A DNA stretch of 64,000 bases, from the NCBI RefSeq assembly GCF_009914755.1, contig NC_060931.1. One strand, given 5' to 3'. Under the pieces are notes generated by a model. That model did no database searches, had not been told where the DNA came from, and worked only from the letters and a program-made list of their open reading frames with translations. Positions 1-18,984 of the stretch are shown here, one piece after another (position 1 is the first letter of the stretch; every line of letters starts with the position of its first letter). Source of the DNA: the human T2T-CHM13v2.0 reference genome, Homo sapiens. Position numbers and translations under genes: made by a program.

Positions 1-59
1 TAAGTCCTCCCATTTTGTCCTTCTTTTCTAAGATTATGTGGCCACTGGTAATCTTCCAT

Positions 60-930
60 ACTCTTTTGGATCCACTCCATACAGTCTACCCCACCCCTTC
101 CCTGAAATTCCTCTCATTATGATCTTAGAGACCGCTGTTTTGCTAAATCCAGTGGCCAGTTCTCAGTGTCAATATTACCAAAGCTCTTTGCAGCAGTTGA
201 CATAGTGGATGACTTCTTCTTTCTGGAGGTGCTCTCTTTATTTGGGATCCGGGGTATCCCCTTTTCAGGCTTTTTCTATTTTTCACTCACTGCTCCTTTG
301 CAGCCCTCTTTTCTGGCTCCTCCCCATTTTCCCAAGCTTTGAGCTTTGGAATGTGCCCAGTCTCCATCCTTGAACCTCTTTGCTTCCTTGTGTCAAGTCT
401 CTCCTGGGGGCCTTCACCGAGTCTCATGGCTTCGGATGTCTTCTACTTAGTGATAACTCCCAACTTTATATCTCCACCCTGGATTTCTCCTTTGGGTTTC
501 TGACTCATGTGTCCAACTGACACTGACCTCTCCAGGTAGGTACCCTGTGGGCATTTCAAACTCAGAACATCCAAGAACAAGACTTTAGCCTCTTCTCTCA
601 TCAAGACGCACCTTTTCTCTTCCTCAGGAAATGGCAATTCCATCCTTCCCATCACTCAGGCTCAAACCTTGGGGTTACTCTTCACACCTCCCCTTCTCGC
701 CTGCTCTTACCCAACCTGTCTGAGGATTATCTCAGCTCTGTCTTCCCACTAGATCTGGAATCCAGCAATACAGCAGCAACAGCACTCATCTCCCTGGTCC
801 AATCCCCTCCTTCCTTACTGGAGTAGAGCAAAGCCTCCTGCCAAGCCCTCCTGCCCTCCTCATCCCCACGCAGCCTCTGATCCAGGACATGGAGAGGCAG
901 TCACAGACCTTCCTGCTCAAAGCAGTCCAG
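60..930 (+). mobile_element. L2 LINE fragment (degenerate RT region)
   Basis: Matches recalled L2 consensus, e.g. GCTAAATCCAGTGGCCAGTTCTCAG, GAGTCTCATGGCTT, GATAACTCCCAACTTTATATCTCC. Confidence 0.85.
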
Positions 931-965
931 GGGGCAGAAGCCAGAGCCCCACAGAGGACACTCTT

Positions 966-1060
966 GGGGTCTTGCTATGCTGCCCAGCTGGTCTTGAACT
1001 CCTGGCCTTAAGCGACTCTCTCAAAGCGCTGGGATTACAGGCATGAGCCACCACACCCAG
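966..1060 (-). mobile_element. Alu left monomer fragment (FLAM/AluJ)
   Basis: CTGGTCTTGAACTCCTGGCC...GCTGGGATTACAGGCATGAGCCACC. Confidence 0.85.
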
Positions 1061-1069
1061 TCTTCTTTG

Positions 1070-1236
1070 TCTTATTTCTTGTCCACTCCTTACAGTGTGT
1101 GCTCCATGAGACCAAGAATCAGATCTGTGTTGTTCTCTGCTGTTGTCCTCGGCATCTGGAAGAGTGTCTGGGGCATGGTAAAGGCTAAAAAGAAAAAGTT
1201 AAATAAATGCATAAATGTTTTCATTTGCATAAATGA
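1070..1236 (+). mobile_element. L2 3' end
   Basis: GCTCCATGAG...TGTGTTGTTCTCTGCTG...AAATGAATG typical of L2 terminus. Confidence 0.6.
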
Positions 1237-1753
1237 ATGTGTTAGCAGAATAATGACCCTCTTTCCCCCGTCCCAAGGTATCCACATCCAAATCCCCGGG
1301 ACCCACGAATATGTTAGGTTACATGGCAAAGGGTATTTAGGATGGAATTGAAAGTGCTGCTTGGTTCACCTTCAAATAGGGAGGGAGGGTGTCCTGCATT
1401 ATCAAGGTGGGCCCAGTAAAATTACAGGGTCCAGACAGGGGAAGAGGGAGGCAGGAGAAAGGGGAGGGAGCCTGGGGAGGGGAGAGGGGAGAGGGCAGAG
1501 GGAGGCAGCTCGGTTGTCTTTGACCGTGGAGGACAGGATGAGAGACACGGTATGTGGGCACCTCTCAAGCTGTGGAAGGCAGGAAGCGGGTCCTCCCCAC
1601 AGTCCCTGAAAGACCACAGCCCATGATGCGCTGATGTAACCCTGGGAGACCATGCAGGGCTTCTAACCTGCAGAGCTGGAAGAGAAGACATTAATGATAT
1701 TTAAGCCACTGCGTTTGTGGCGATCTGTGGCAGTAGCCATGGGGCATCGATGC
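1237..1753 (+). mobile_element. MaLR solo LTR (MLT1D-like)
   Basis: TGTGTTAGCAGAATAATG start, GAATATGTTAGGTTACATGGCAAAG, TTTAAGCCACTGCGTTTGTGG. Confidence 0.8.
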
Positions 1754-1951
1754 AGGGACAACGGTAGTGAGTCCTTAATTCAGCAATTTCTGTGCGGTGT
1801 CACAGGCTTCCACTGCAAACCTAGCTTCCACCGCAGACCTAGCTTCCACCCTAGAAGCGTGTGGCTGGTCAATGGAACACGTTAACGGGTCCCTTTCTAT
1901 GCACCCAGACGTCTGTGGATTATTTTTTAAAGGATATGCAAATTATGACTA

Positions 1952-2336
<385 letters not shown>

Positions 2337-2552
2337 TCATGACCGTGACACACGTGTATATTGAGCCCACTGTGTAGGTCTCCTGAGGCCCTTCTGGGCT
2401 TGCTTGCCTCAGTACATGGGACCTTGGGACTTTCTAGTCCCAGTTCACCCTTGACCCAACAGTGTCTCAACCCAACTTCATCGCCCATATCTGGTGCTTC
2501 CAAAAATCTATTTTCCCCTCAGAGAATCAAGTTTTGTTACCATTGAGGAAAC

Positions 2553-2858
<306 letters not shown>

Positions 2859-2995
2859 GAGGAAACATTTTTTAAAGGTGCCATGAACTGTGGAGGTGAT
2901 TCTGGAGCGGGTTTGGAAAGCGCCCTGAGTTAGTGCTGCTGAGACGACCTCCTCCAGGTCTTCTGCTCAACTGGATGTCTGCATTTAGAGTGTCA

Positions 2996-3279
<284 letters not shown>

Positions 3280-3299
3280 TCACATTCCCCACGGCGAGT

Positions 3300-3716
3300 C
3301 TGCTCAGATGGCCCCGACCGAGTACCAAGACACATCCTTGAAACGACAGAAATCTGTTCTCACAGTTCTGGGGCTGCAAGTTGGAGATCCAGGTGTGGGT
3401 AGGGCCTGCTCCCTCCAGACGTTCTTGGGGATCGTCCCGCCGCCTCTCCCAGCTCCCAGGGGCTCGGAATTCCTGGTGTTTCTTGGTTGCAGCTGCCTGG
3501 CTCCAATCTCTTCCTTTGGTGTCACAGGCATTCTACCCACCATGTCTCTGTGTCCGCGGGACCATCTTATAAGGACACAGTCACATCGAATTGGGGGCCC
3601 ATCCTACTCCTGCACAGCTAATCACTAACCACATCTTGTTCCGCAGTAAAGTCCCATTCCGAGACACTGGGGCTAGGACTTCCACCTGTCTCTTGGACAC
3701 ATTTCAACCCGCAGCA
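3300..3716 (-). mobile_element. MaLR solo LTR (MLT1B/C-like)
   Basis: ACAGAAATCTGTTCTCACAGTTCTGG, CTTATAAGGACAC, GGGGCTAGGACTTC. Confidence 0.8.
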
Positions 3717-3729
3717 CCACCACTGAGGA

Positions 3730-4636
<907 letters not shown>

Positions 4637-4959
4637 AAATTCCATGGACAGGATTGATGGGCGCCACAGGACATGGAGCTCTAAGGTGAGCAGATCGAGA
4701 CTGAACACCAGCCAGAAACACATTCCTAGGTGTGAGTTCACATTGTCATTCTTTCTGCTTCGGTCATTGATGTAAGCACTTCTGATTGCAGTGTGGAGAA
4801 GGAGCCGGTGAAGGAGACTGCGGGGAGCGGCGTGGCCCCTGCAGCTGCGTGACAGATCTCGGGGTGCCGGCATGGTTAGAAGGTCACCACAGCAGACACA
4901 TGCTTTACTCTGGCCCATTAGCCCTCGTCTGCATCTGCAAATGAGGGAGGCGGCTGCCT

Positions 4960-5400
4960 GGGAAGATCAGCTGCTTGTAAATGTTGCATCAGCGCAAACA
5001 TCTGACTCCTGGACGGACCCGGCACTGGAGCTCAGAGTGTGATTAGCATAATGAAGTGAGGGAAAATATTGACATTTTGTGTATCTGCAGCCTGATAATG
5101 TTATATGAAAAGGGATATCTACAATGCTAATGGAAATGTAATTGATGTAAAACTGCAATTCCTACAATGAACTCAGAAGGCAAAGAGCTTACTTGTAAAA
5201 TAGATAAGATTAGAAGGAGAGGCAGGAATCCCAAGACATTAATCCTGACTGTATTTCTGGTGCCAAGCGCTAATAAGTAAGTGATTGTTTTAATTCACGT
5301 AGGTATCACAATATTTATTGTATGCTCCAGATCAAGTTTGCCTGAGGATGAATAAATCAATAAGAGCGTCTCATTACTTGATTTCTTCTCCCTCAGCAGT
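4960..5400. promoter_or_regulatory. Candidate enhancer / conserved non-coding-like island
   Basis: Repeat-free AT-rich island with two ATGCTAAT, TAATCC, TAATTG and TGCCAA. Confidence 0.45.
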
Positions 5401-5896
5401 GTCTGTGGCACAAGCATGCCTGCTGTTATCGATGAGATAAGCGGAGGGAGGTGACTGCAGGAGCCCAGGAGTGGACATTCCGGATGCATAAATAACACGC
5501 AGAGATGCGATGCTTTCTGTGGCCCAGCCAAGCCCAGGTGGCCAGAGTTGTTGGTGGATGGACATTGTGGGCCATGATGTTGAGACTGTGGTCTAACATC
5601 TGAATTTTCTCTCAAACTCTTTGTGTTGCTTGAGCTGGTAGCACGTGTTTGGACTTCGGAGATACCCAGGACACCAATGGCTGTGCTTGGGCAGGCGAGC
5701 ACTGCAGGATCCCACACCCTGGTCATTGCCTGGGGCCCTGGCCTCACCTTCCCCTGCTCTGCTGGGGCCCCAGCTGGCTGACCCTGCAGCTCCGCAGACC
5801 GCTGGCTTCTGGCTGGATCCTGATAACGAAGGTACAGGTGAAAGACGGGAAACAGAAAGAAGGGTGACACCAGGCGTTTTGAGTCTTGGTGACTCA

Positions 5897-6489
<593 letters not shown>

Positions 6490-6509
6490 CTAGGTCAGGG
6501 GCTCCCAAG

Positions 6510-7026
6510 GTGCCTTCCATTGCTGAGCTATTTGGTGGAACCCAGGGGTAGCTTCTCAGAAGAAAGTGTTTCAGTGAATAATGCAAAATACGTAGGCTTA
6601 AGAAGGAGAACACTATACTGGAATATACTTATCAAAACATTTAAACAAATGTGTGAAAGAGCACCGTGTACACCTCTCTGTTAACGCACGAAATGACCAG
6701 ATCTCTCGGAGGGTCTAACCCTGGCTATTTTGAAGGAATGACGTGTGTAAACAATCTAAGATCTCTGTGAAAATGTGAGGCATATGGAGATGTCTGCACT
6801 AGTGTGATAGTAAAAATATCTGTGCTTTCTGCTGGTGACAGAGCCACAGGATGAACTAATACAACTGTGCTTTGTAGTTCACGTTCATTATTGAAGGGCA
6901 TGTGAGATTTTAGTTGGAAATTAGTGAAAATAAAGATATAATTATTTCTCACTCAGGTTCACGGACTTCTAAATTTTATCCACTGACCTCTTGGAGGGTC
7001 TCTAAAATCCAGATTAACAAACTTGC
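6510..7026. mobile_element. hAT-Charlie DNA transposon (Charlie4a-like)
   Basis: AAAATATCTGTGCTTTCTGCTGGTGACAGAGCCACAGG, TTAGTGAAAATAAAGAT, GTTCACGGAC. Confidence 0.7.
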
Positions 7027-7102
7027 TGGAGATAAATTAAACGTTCCCTTGAATTCTCAGGCTGAGACCCACACTGTTCTTCCCATTTCAGCTGGTGGTT
7101 GG

Positions 7103-7350
7103 TTTTTGAGATGGAATCTCACTCTGTCACCCAGGCTGAAGTGCAGTGGTGTGATCTCGGCTCACTGCAACCTCCGCCTCCTGGGTTCAGGCGATTCTCC
7201 TGCCTCAGCCTCCTGAGTAGCTGGGATTACAGGCACCTGCCACCATGCCTGGCTAATTTTTTGTATTTTTAGTACAGACGGGGTTTCCCTATGTTGGCCA
7301 GGCTGGTCTTGAACTCCTGACCTTGTGATCCTCCTGCCTCAGCCTCCCAG
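7103..7350 (-). mobile_element. Alu (AluS), 5'-truncated
   Basis: Reverse Alu lacking roughly the first 40 nt. Confidence 0.95.
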
Positions 7351-8091
7351 TCAGCTGGGTTTGAAGTGACCATCGTTCTTTCTCCCGACCGCACAGCTGC
7401 CTTCCCCACGGTGTCTGACTCCTTGCAGAGTTAAAGTCGTTGCTCTTTGAGGCTGAATATTCTCAGCAGGCACCTCTGTCTGGGCTCAACAGAAGTCCAC
7501 ATTTTCCCAAAACAGCACTTCGGATGTGAAAGGCTTGGTGTAACTTCCAAAGCCCTCCAGGCTTGTCGTCCCCAGGTTGGTGTGAATCAGTGCAAGCTGG
7601 TCCTCTCCAAGCAGAATTCCACTTTTAATATTTTAGGGAAATTATAGAATAATATATTTCCTCGCTGGAGACAGTTTCCTGGCCCCAAAAGAAGCATTAG
7701 TCAGCTGTGGCGCAAGCAGCTTTCTTTCCTAATGGAGCCCTGTGCACGCATCTCTGGCCCCACTGGGGTTCTGAATTAGGTCACAGATGCAGACGTTTGC
7801 TCGAAGTGGCTGCCGAGCTCAGACCCGGCGAGATGGTGGCAGGCCTCCACCCACAGCCTCCCTTGGTCACCAGAACCACGGAACCGAAAGAAAAGGGAGG
7901 CAAACTGCTGATGGAAGAGGGGAAGAAGATCCGCTAAACCAGTTGTCCGACGAGCTTGTCTTTTTTTCCTTTTAATTAAATGAATGGTTCAGATGAAAAT
8001 TCTCCACATGACTTCTATTTATGGACCCTGCGTTGACAGTATGACTCATGGGGTCCTGGAGCCCTGCTGCGTAGTGACTTGCTGCACACGG

Positions 8092-8552
8092 TGTATTATT
8101 ACTTTCCCAGGACCACCGTAACAAAGTAGCACAATCCCGGGGCTTGAACAACGGAAATGTGTCAAATGTGTCAGCTCCCAGCTCAGAGACTGGGAGACCA
8201 GGCCGAGGCGCCGGCAGGGCTGGTTCTTTCTGAGGCTGAGGGGGAGTCTGTCCCAGGCCGCCCTCCAGCTTCTGGAGGTTGCTGGCAGTCTCTGGTGGCC
8301 CTGGCTTCTGGAAGCATCACCCCACCTCTTCCTGCGTGCTCACCTGGCCTCTCCCCGTGTGCGGTCTGTCTCTGTCTAATCTCCCCCTTTCATAAGGACA
8401 CAGGCACTCGGGATTAGGGCCCATCCTAGAGACCTCATCCTACCTTGATTACATCTGCAAACACCGTATATCCACATGAGGCTACCCTTACGGGTATTGG
8501 GGCTTAGGCTCTGATGTGTGAGTTTTAGGGGACATAATCCCACCCATAACAC
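8092..8552 (-). mobile_element. MaLR solo LTR (MLT1C-like)
   Basis: TGTATTA...GTAACAAAGTAGCACAA...CATAAGGACAC...GGATTAGGGCCCA...CCCATAACA. Confidence 0.85.
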
Positions 8553-9987
8553 ACATGATCTCTTTGGAAAGTGGAAGCTTCTCAATGCAGAAGCAGCGTC
8601 TCCAAGGCCTTCTTGCCTCTCAGACACAGGGTCGAATTCAGAAGTACGAGCTGAGCCAAATTCCCCCAGCCCCATTTCCTGCCTGACACCCCATGCTCAG
8701 GTGAGTTGGCCAAGGACTGGAACGGCTGATGCCGATGGAAATCCATGCTTTCTCTGTGACGTGCTCACACCCCACTGCTTTTCTCCCGGTCTTAGAAACC
8801 CCCTTCAACCGTGGCCTTGGCGGTGAGCTGTAAACCAGCGGTGTTGGAGCCGATGCCTGTCAGACGGAGCAGTTTATCACCACACTCAGTTGATTAATAC
8901 CTGTCGGCGGGTGTTCAGACACGCGGCAATGCTGCCCTGGAGTCCCAGAGGTGTCTGTGCACACGGGAAGTGGCAACGAAGGATCCGAGTCTCCCTATCT
9001 GCTGGGCAGACCTTGAGGTGGCCCTTGGGTGGAGGGTGGAGGCACGTCAAGCAGGGGGCACAGCCTCTATGCCACGGTGTCTGCCCCTCACCAGCAGGCT
9101 AGGGGCAGACTCCCACCCTGGCAGAAGCCTGGCAAGGCAGAAAGGACCTGAGGAACTGGAGAACTGCCTCCAGGCTCAGCTTTCCGCAGGCACGCCCGCA
9201 GCGTGACTCCAGGCCTGTCATTCACCGCCGTGGCTCCCCGTGTCCCCATCTGTTCACGAAGGGCCTGAGCCGGAGGAACTCTCTGGCCCTTCCACTCCTT
9301 GTATCTGTTCTGTGATCCGGCAGCCTGTCAGGGAGCACAACTGCCTCTCACTCATGGAGGGGCTACGGGACCCACCTTCCGGGTGTCATCCCCACCCATG
9401 ACTCCAGTGCCTAGTGCTGCTGCTGTGCCCGGCACAGGGTTGGCATCTGTCTTCATCAGGGGTTGTGTGGTTACAAGGAATAGAAACCCACTCGGCCTTG
9501 CCTGGGTGGCATGGGGCATGCTGGAGGATACCCAGTTCACCCCACAGACACTCAAGGCAGAAGCCAAACCAGGCCACATGTGTCTTAGACACCTTGGGCT
9601 GTCAAAGACACGGCTTCTCCCTGTTTCATGGGGGCACATGGTCTGTGCATATACACCTGTGCATGCCCATGCCCCACGCATGCACACACGTGTGCACACA
9701 TGCACACAGGCCTTCAGCTTGCCTCAGCACAGACTCTGGTTCGGCTCTGCTTGGCCTTTCATTCCAGCATGAACCGTCATCTGTTGACTCCTGAGCTCTT
9801 AGTTCAAGGTACCAAGACAGAGAAGGAGTAACTTGGGCTGATGCTCCGTGGGTTATGCTTTCATCCTTGGTGTGATCAGCTGTGGAAGGAATTTAGAATA
9901 GAAAAAATGGCAAGGAGAAAGGCAGGGGCTGGGGCCGGGGAAGGGTGTGGCGGGAAGCCAAAGCAACCAATGGTATTTCAGTTCCGA

Positions 9988-10035
9988 TGCTCAATGAATG
10001 TTTATTGATTGATTGATTGATTGATTGATGAATGA
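9988..10035 (+). repeat. (GATT)n microsatellite in an L2 3' tail
   Basis: TGCTCAATGAATGTTT followed by about 6 GATT units. Confidence 0.8.
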
Positions 10036-10141
10036 GTCTCCAAAGGGGAAGCTTGGGTCACTGCAGTAGACAGCTGCCCAGCATCCAAAGCTCATGCTCT
10101 GGGTGAGGAACCCCCGTGCTGAATCTTTGTAAGAGAAACGG

Positions 10142-10638
<497 letters not shown>

Positions 10639-11233
10639 TCAGGATTCGTCACAGAACCACAGGCAGCTGGGGCTGTGAGTGCCTGAGGGGAGCTTGGCTG
10701 TGAGTCTACCATCAGCAATGCTGCTCTCTGAGCCTGATCTCAAGTCTTCCCATTCATTCCATGATCTCTCTGATGTATTTCCAATAAATTCCTTTTTTTT
10801 TTTTTTTGCTTAAATTAACCAGTTCCTGTTTTTGTAGCCAAGAACCTCAACTAATTGGATTTAGTAGAAGATTTTTAAGTAAATCGTTGCAGGAATGCTG
10901 GCCATGGATGGCGGAAGAAGCACAGATGACCCTCGGTGGTCTCTCCTGTGGGGCACCTGTCACAGGCCAGTGCAAGGTGCGGGGAACCCCGAGGCCCTGC
11001 TGCCTTTCTGTTAGATGAGGCGGGGCTTGCCATGGCTGGCCTTGGGAAGGAGGTGGATGCTGTCTTCAGTGCCCTGCACACTCTCTGTTATTACCTTTCT
11101 GCGGCCTGTCTGATACAGTCAATGATTAAGCTGCATAACTTAAATATTTATTGAGTGCATGCCTTACTCTAAGCCAAGATGAGGAGCCCTTGGCCCAAGG
11201 TGCTACTAAAAACTACTATGATGGAAGTCCTTA

Positions 11234-11635
<402 letters not shown>

Positions 11636-11865
11636 TTATGTATATAATATATATAAAGATATATTTACAAGGACATTTACAGAGGAATTCTTGGGGCAGA
11701 GGGTATATTCATTTAAAATTTTTATAGATAATACCAAATTGTCCACCAAAGAGATTGAGCAATGTGTGAAAAGATTGTTTCTCTACCTCCTTACTCCAAA
11801 CTTTATCATCTTTGCCAGTCTGGTGGGTGAGAAACAGTATTTCAATTTAGTCTCTTCCTGCCTGC

Positions 11866-11866
<1 letters not shown>

Positions 11867-11946
<80 letters not shown>

Positions 11947-11960
11947 TTTCTTTTTCTTTT

Positions 11961-12012
<52 letters not shown>

Positions 12013-12104
12013 TCCTTCTTTCTTTCTTTCTTTTTCTTTCTTCCTTTCTTTTCTTTCTTTCCCCTTCCTTCCTTGCTTTCTTTCTTTACTTTCTTTTTTT
12101 TTCT
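11867..12104. repeat. (TTTC)n tetranucleotide STR (expanded Alu tail)
   Basis: ~240 bp pyrimidine tract with long perfect TTTC runs. Confidence 0.99.
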
Positions 12105-12570
<466 letters not shown>

Positions 12571-13511
12571 TCAATTTAGTCTTAACTTGCACTTCTCTTT
12601 CCTTATGAGTGATGATGGGGATGTTTTCATAGGCATAAAAGCATTTGTGTTTCTTTTCCTAAGAATCATGTCTCAGTTTATGTCCTTTGCCCATGTTTTT
12701 CTCTTGGATTCTTGGTCTTTTTCTTCCAGATCTGTAGGAGCTCTTTGCAAATCGAGGAAATGAGCTCTCAGTGTACTGTATGTGTTGTAAATGTTTATTC
12801 TCAGTTTGTCTCTATAATGGTTTGATTTATGCATTTTTCTTGTAAAAAAAAACTGTTACATTTTTATCAGTCAAATTTATCAATATTTTCCTTTATGGCT
12901 TCTGGGTTTTACGATGTCTTAGCAATGCCGTTCCCACTCTGAGGTTATTAAAAGCACACGAACCATTCTTTCTTTGTACTCCATGCATGAGTGCGGAGCC
13001 CCACACTCAGGAACAGCCTGCCGCTTTCGTGACCCGTGGCCACTCCCTGTGCTCCGTGTGGCTCTCCCCACATCCCTCACCAAGGCCATGCCAGTTGTGG
13101 AACATTCTGAACACTGCACCTGTTTGATTGGTTCTGTGTTTCCTTGTGTTTTCTTTAAAGATACTGAAGATTTTACAGCGGGGAATGGACATGGTCAGAC
13201 TCACATCTAACAAAAGCCGGAAGATGATTCTGGAAGACACCGCCGTGGCAATTTGGCCAGGAGGTTCCAGAGATGGTGGTCTCAAAGGGGAGCAGTAGGA
13301 GCAAATGGGACCAGGAGGATTTTTCTCTTTTTTCTGGGAGAGGTATTTTTAAGGATGTAGAACTTATTTTCTGACAGAAAAGTAAACAAAATATGTAAGT
13401 ATTGTGGCTATCTACTGTTCAGTGGAGATTTTCTGTACACCCATCAGGCCCCCAGTTCACACCACATCGCTAAGAATGTGCTACGTACTCCCCCGGGGTT
13501 CCTTCACAGCG

Positions 13512-13927
<416 letters not shown>

Positions 13928-14267
13928 ACGAGTACCTTTTAATTGCAATAAAAATTGAATGTCTATCTCCCTCATTTCCCCCTTCAAACCCACTCCTTCA
14001 CCGTTAACAGTTGATGATTTTAGTTCTTCCAGTGATTGTAAGTAATGTAAGTTAATATACAATTTGTGACATAACGTAAATAGTAAGTTTATATAAGTAA
14101 TATAAGCTAACAAATGTGCCTCACTATGCAAGACGTGGAAGGTGTCTTAGGAAGGCAGGGCGCCTTGTCCCACCTTTTCTCTTCATTTCCTGCTGTTACT
14201 TATGTCAACATATTTAATTCTAGTTCTTGCCTCTCCTTGATGAAAGAGGAGGATATTAGCACACTAA

Positions 14268-14601
<334 letters not shown>

Positions 14602-14693
14602 TCCAGTCTTCGTTAGTTGTCATTTTTACACTCCCAAGTTCTATGCTTACATTTCGTTTTGTAATTATAATCAACTCTTCTACACTTTGTCTA

Positions 14694-15255
<562 letters not shown>

Positions 15256-15258
15256 GTT

Positions 15259-15863
<605 letters not shown>

Positions 15864-16599
15864 GTTAAACATAAAGTTGCCATATGGCCACTCCTAGGTA
15901 TATACCCAGGAAGAATGAACACATATGTTCACCCAAAAGCTTGTTCATAAATGTTCACAATAGCATTATTTATAGAATAACCAAAAACTGGAGACAACCC
16001 AAATATCCAGCAACTGATGAATGGATAAACAAAATGTGGAATATCCATGCAGTGGAAGACTATTCAGCAATGAAAAGGAACGAAGGATTGATACATGCTA
16101 CAACACGGATAAACCTTGAAAACATCCTGCCAAGCAAAAGACACCCGTCACTAAAGACCACCTATTACATGATGCCATTTATAAGAAATGTTCCTAATAG
16201 GCAAATCTACAGAGACAATAAATAGATTCGTGGTTGTCTAGGACGGGAGGGTGATGATGTATTAGGGAGAAATGGAGAATGACTGCCATGGGCAAAGGGC
16301 TGCTTTTTGGTGTGATAAAAAAGTTCTAAAATTGGTTGTGGTGATGGTTGGCCAACTCTGACTATACTAAAAAACACTGAATTGTACAGTTTAAATGGAT
16401 GGTATATGAATTACATCTCAGTAAAATAGCTTAAAAATACACTTATGATTTTATGATTATGTGATTCCCTTTGGAGCCAGACAGTATGATTGGACCTATA
16501 AAAAGGAAATGTGATCCTTGGCTTCCAAAGCTTTGCTGCTCAAAAGTAGACTCTTCCAAACACCAAGGTCTAGGTGACTCTCTTTTAATTAATTTTTTC

Positions 16600-18250
16600 T
16601 AGCTTTGCACTTTTTGTCTAATAGACTTGTGCTTTGCTTTGTTTATATTTTTGTTTTTCAAGTTTTATAATAATGTGTGTGCTTGTACATTCTCCTTGTA
16701 AAATTTAAAATATTGTTGAAAGGTCTGAAGTCACTTTGATCATTCCCTCTGCTCCCAATACCCCCAACTTCCTCCTACCATGCCTGTGTATACTCACAGA
16801 CCTTTACATTTGAATTTTCCTAAATCTTCATGTATCTATAATAGTATATAAGATTTTGCATCTGTGTATGTGTGTGTTTAGCATAAACAGTATTCCCTGT
16901 CATGCTGCAACTTGTCCTGTGCACTCAGCGATGTCCGTGTTGGTCTCTCCTTGTTGGTCGCATTCTTCTCAGCTGCTGCTTAGTTTTCCATGATGTATCA
17001 AGGCCATAGTTCCTCCAATCATTCCACTATGGCAGATATTTAGTTGCCCCAGAATCCTGTATTTCATGCTTTTCTCTTTGTGAATTCCTTTTTCATTTTG
17101 CTGGAGCACCACCTTGAGTAATTTTTTCAAGTCTTGTGTGGCGTGTTGATATCCTTTTTTTGACCTCACAGGTGGCCATTTGTTCATGTGCTATAGAATT
17201 CTAGGTTCAGCAACTTTTCCCTCTAAGTTTTGGACACTTCGTTTCATTGTATTATTATATATTATCACCAAGAAGCAATCTGAGGAGTCTTGTCACTTTA
17301 TACGTACCTTCTCCTCTCCTCCCAGAAGCTCTTAGGATTTTTTGTTTTTTAATTTTTGGAATTCTGAAATTTCATCAGAGTGTGTCTAGGTTTGAGAGCA
17401 TTTTTTAAATTAATTCTGCTGGTATTCTCTAGGTCTTTGTCATCCAATAATATGACTTTCTTCTGCTCAGAGAAATTGTCTTCTATTATTTCTTTCATGT
17501 TTTCTTTTATTTCTTTGATATTTTCTTTCCTTCTGTAGTCTCTTTTCTGTAACTCCTATTACATAGATACCAAATCCCTGTGGGGTTTTTGTTTGTTTGT
17601 TTGTTTGTTTGTTTGAGATGGAGTCTTGCTCTGTCACCCGGGCTGGAGTGCAGTGGCATGATCTTGGCTTACAGCAACCTCTACCTCCCGGGTTCAAGCA
17701 GTTCTCCTGCCTCAGCCTCCTGAGTAAAGTAGCTGGGATTACATGTGTGTGCCACCATGTCTGACTAATTTTTGTACTTTTAGTAGAGATGGGGTTTCAC
17801 CATGTTGATAGGCTACTCTTGAACTCCTGACCTCAGGTGATTTGCCTGCCTTGGCCTCCCAAAGTGCTGGGATTACAGGTGTGAGCCACCGCGCCCGGCC
17901 CTCTATGGTTTCTTAATGTTTCTCTGATAATTTCCGTCTCTTCATTGTTTTGCTCTATTTGGAGGGAAGATTCCTTCCCATTTATCTTCCAGTGTATCAA
18001 CTTAATCTTCAGTGTATCAATTGAGTTTTTTATTTCAGCAATTATATACTTATTTCTAAAGATAATTTTGATTTCTCCTTTTCTGAGGAACTCACCCTTC
18101 TTTAATGAAGCCACCCACTCTGTTGAGCGTCTCTGAGGATACTGAGAATTTTTCAAAAGTTTTGTTCTGTCCTCCTGGTTATCAGCTGCTCTGTTGTTTC
18201 TCTTGGGTCTTCTTTCACATGTTGGGTTTTTGGAAATGGCTGGTGGGTTG
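16600..18250 (-). mobile_element. Old L1 (L1ME-type) fragments
   Basis: T-rich degenerate L1, e.g. TATAGAATTCTAGGTT, TTCTGAAATTTCA, TCTGTAACTCCTATTA. Confidence 0.6.
17587..17900 (-). mobile_element. Alu (AluSx-like) with (TTTG)n tail
   Basis: Full dimer. Confidence 0.97.
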
Positions 18251-18744
18251 TGTGTTCCATGTGTTTATGAGACAGGGGCCGTGTAGGTCTCTGGAGTCAA
18301 TTTAGTTTAGTTCTAGGGTTTAGTTCAAGAAAAGGACTTAGTTCTAGAAAAGCCTGGCCTTCTGTCTCTTCAGAGGTCCTTCGACGTCTTCCCTCTCAGG
18401 TTTGTTTCCTCAGCTTCATGGACAGACAGCCTCAGCCTCAGCTCTGCACGTTTGCACAGAACTTCCCTCCCCCAGACCCTGCCAACAGAGGATGCAAAGG
18501 TTTCTAGGAGAGGGTAGGTTGTGATGTAAATATATTTACATAAAATACCACTGGGTGTTTTATGGGTCTAAACTCCAGTTCAGAGGAGCTACCCCTCCAG
18601 GGATTTCACTTTACTTCCAAATAAAAGAGCTACTGTCATGAAATCCCAAGGAATCCAGGCTCACCAGGCCCGGCTCTGTGCTGGGTCTCCACGTGCATCA
18701 CTCAGTGCAGGGTGCAGACGCCACAGTTACCGTCCCTGTTGTGT

Positions 18745-18875
18745 AGGTGGGAAATAGGTACTGTCATCATTCCCAACATAGACAGTAGGAAATGACTGCA
18801 TGGAGAGATCAGGTGATCTGAGGCTGCAGAGCAGCGTATGGCCCAGGCAGGACGTGAACCCAGGGCCTGAGCTCC
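18745..18875 (-). mobile_element. MIR fragment
   Basis: AGGTACTGTCATCATTCCC...GGACGTGAACCCAGG. Confidence 0.5.
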
Positions 18876-18984
18876 AGCCACTGTCAGTGGACGGCTGCGA
18901 GGCCGCTTCCCTCCCACAGCCCCACCTGCAGGGAGAGATCCCATGCCTGTCCTAAAGGGGCACACAGACGGAAATGGAAACTCT

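Noticed and set aside
9048-9061. CTCF-like CAAGCAGGGGGCAC
   Set aside because: Mismatch at the most conserved C of the core
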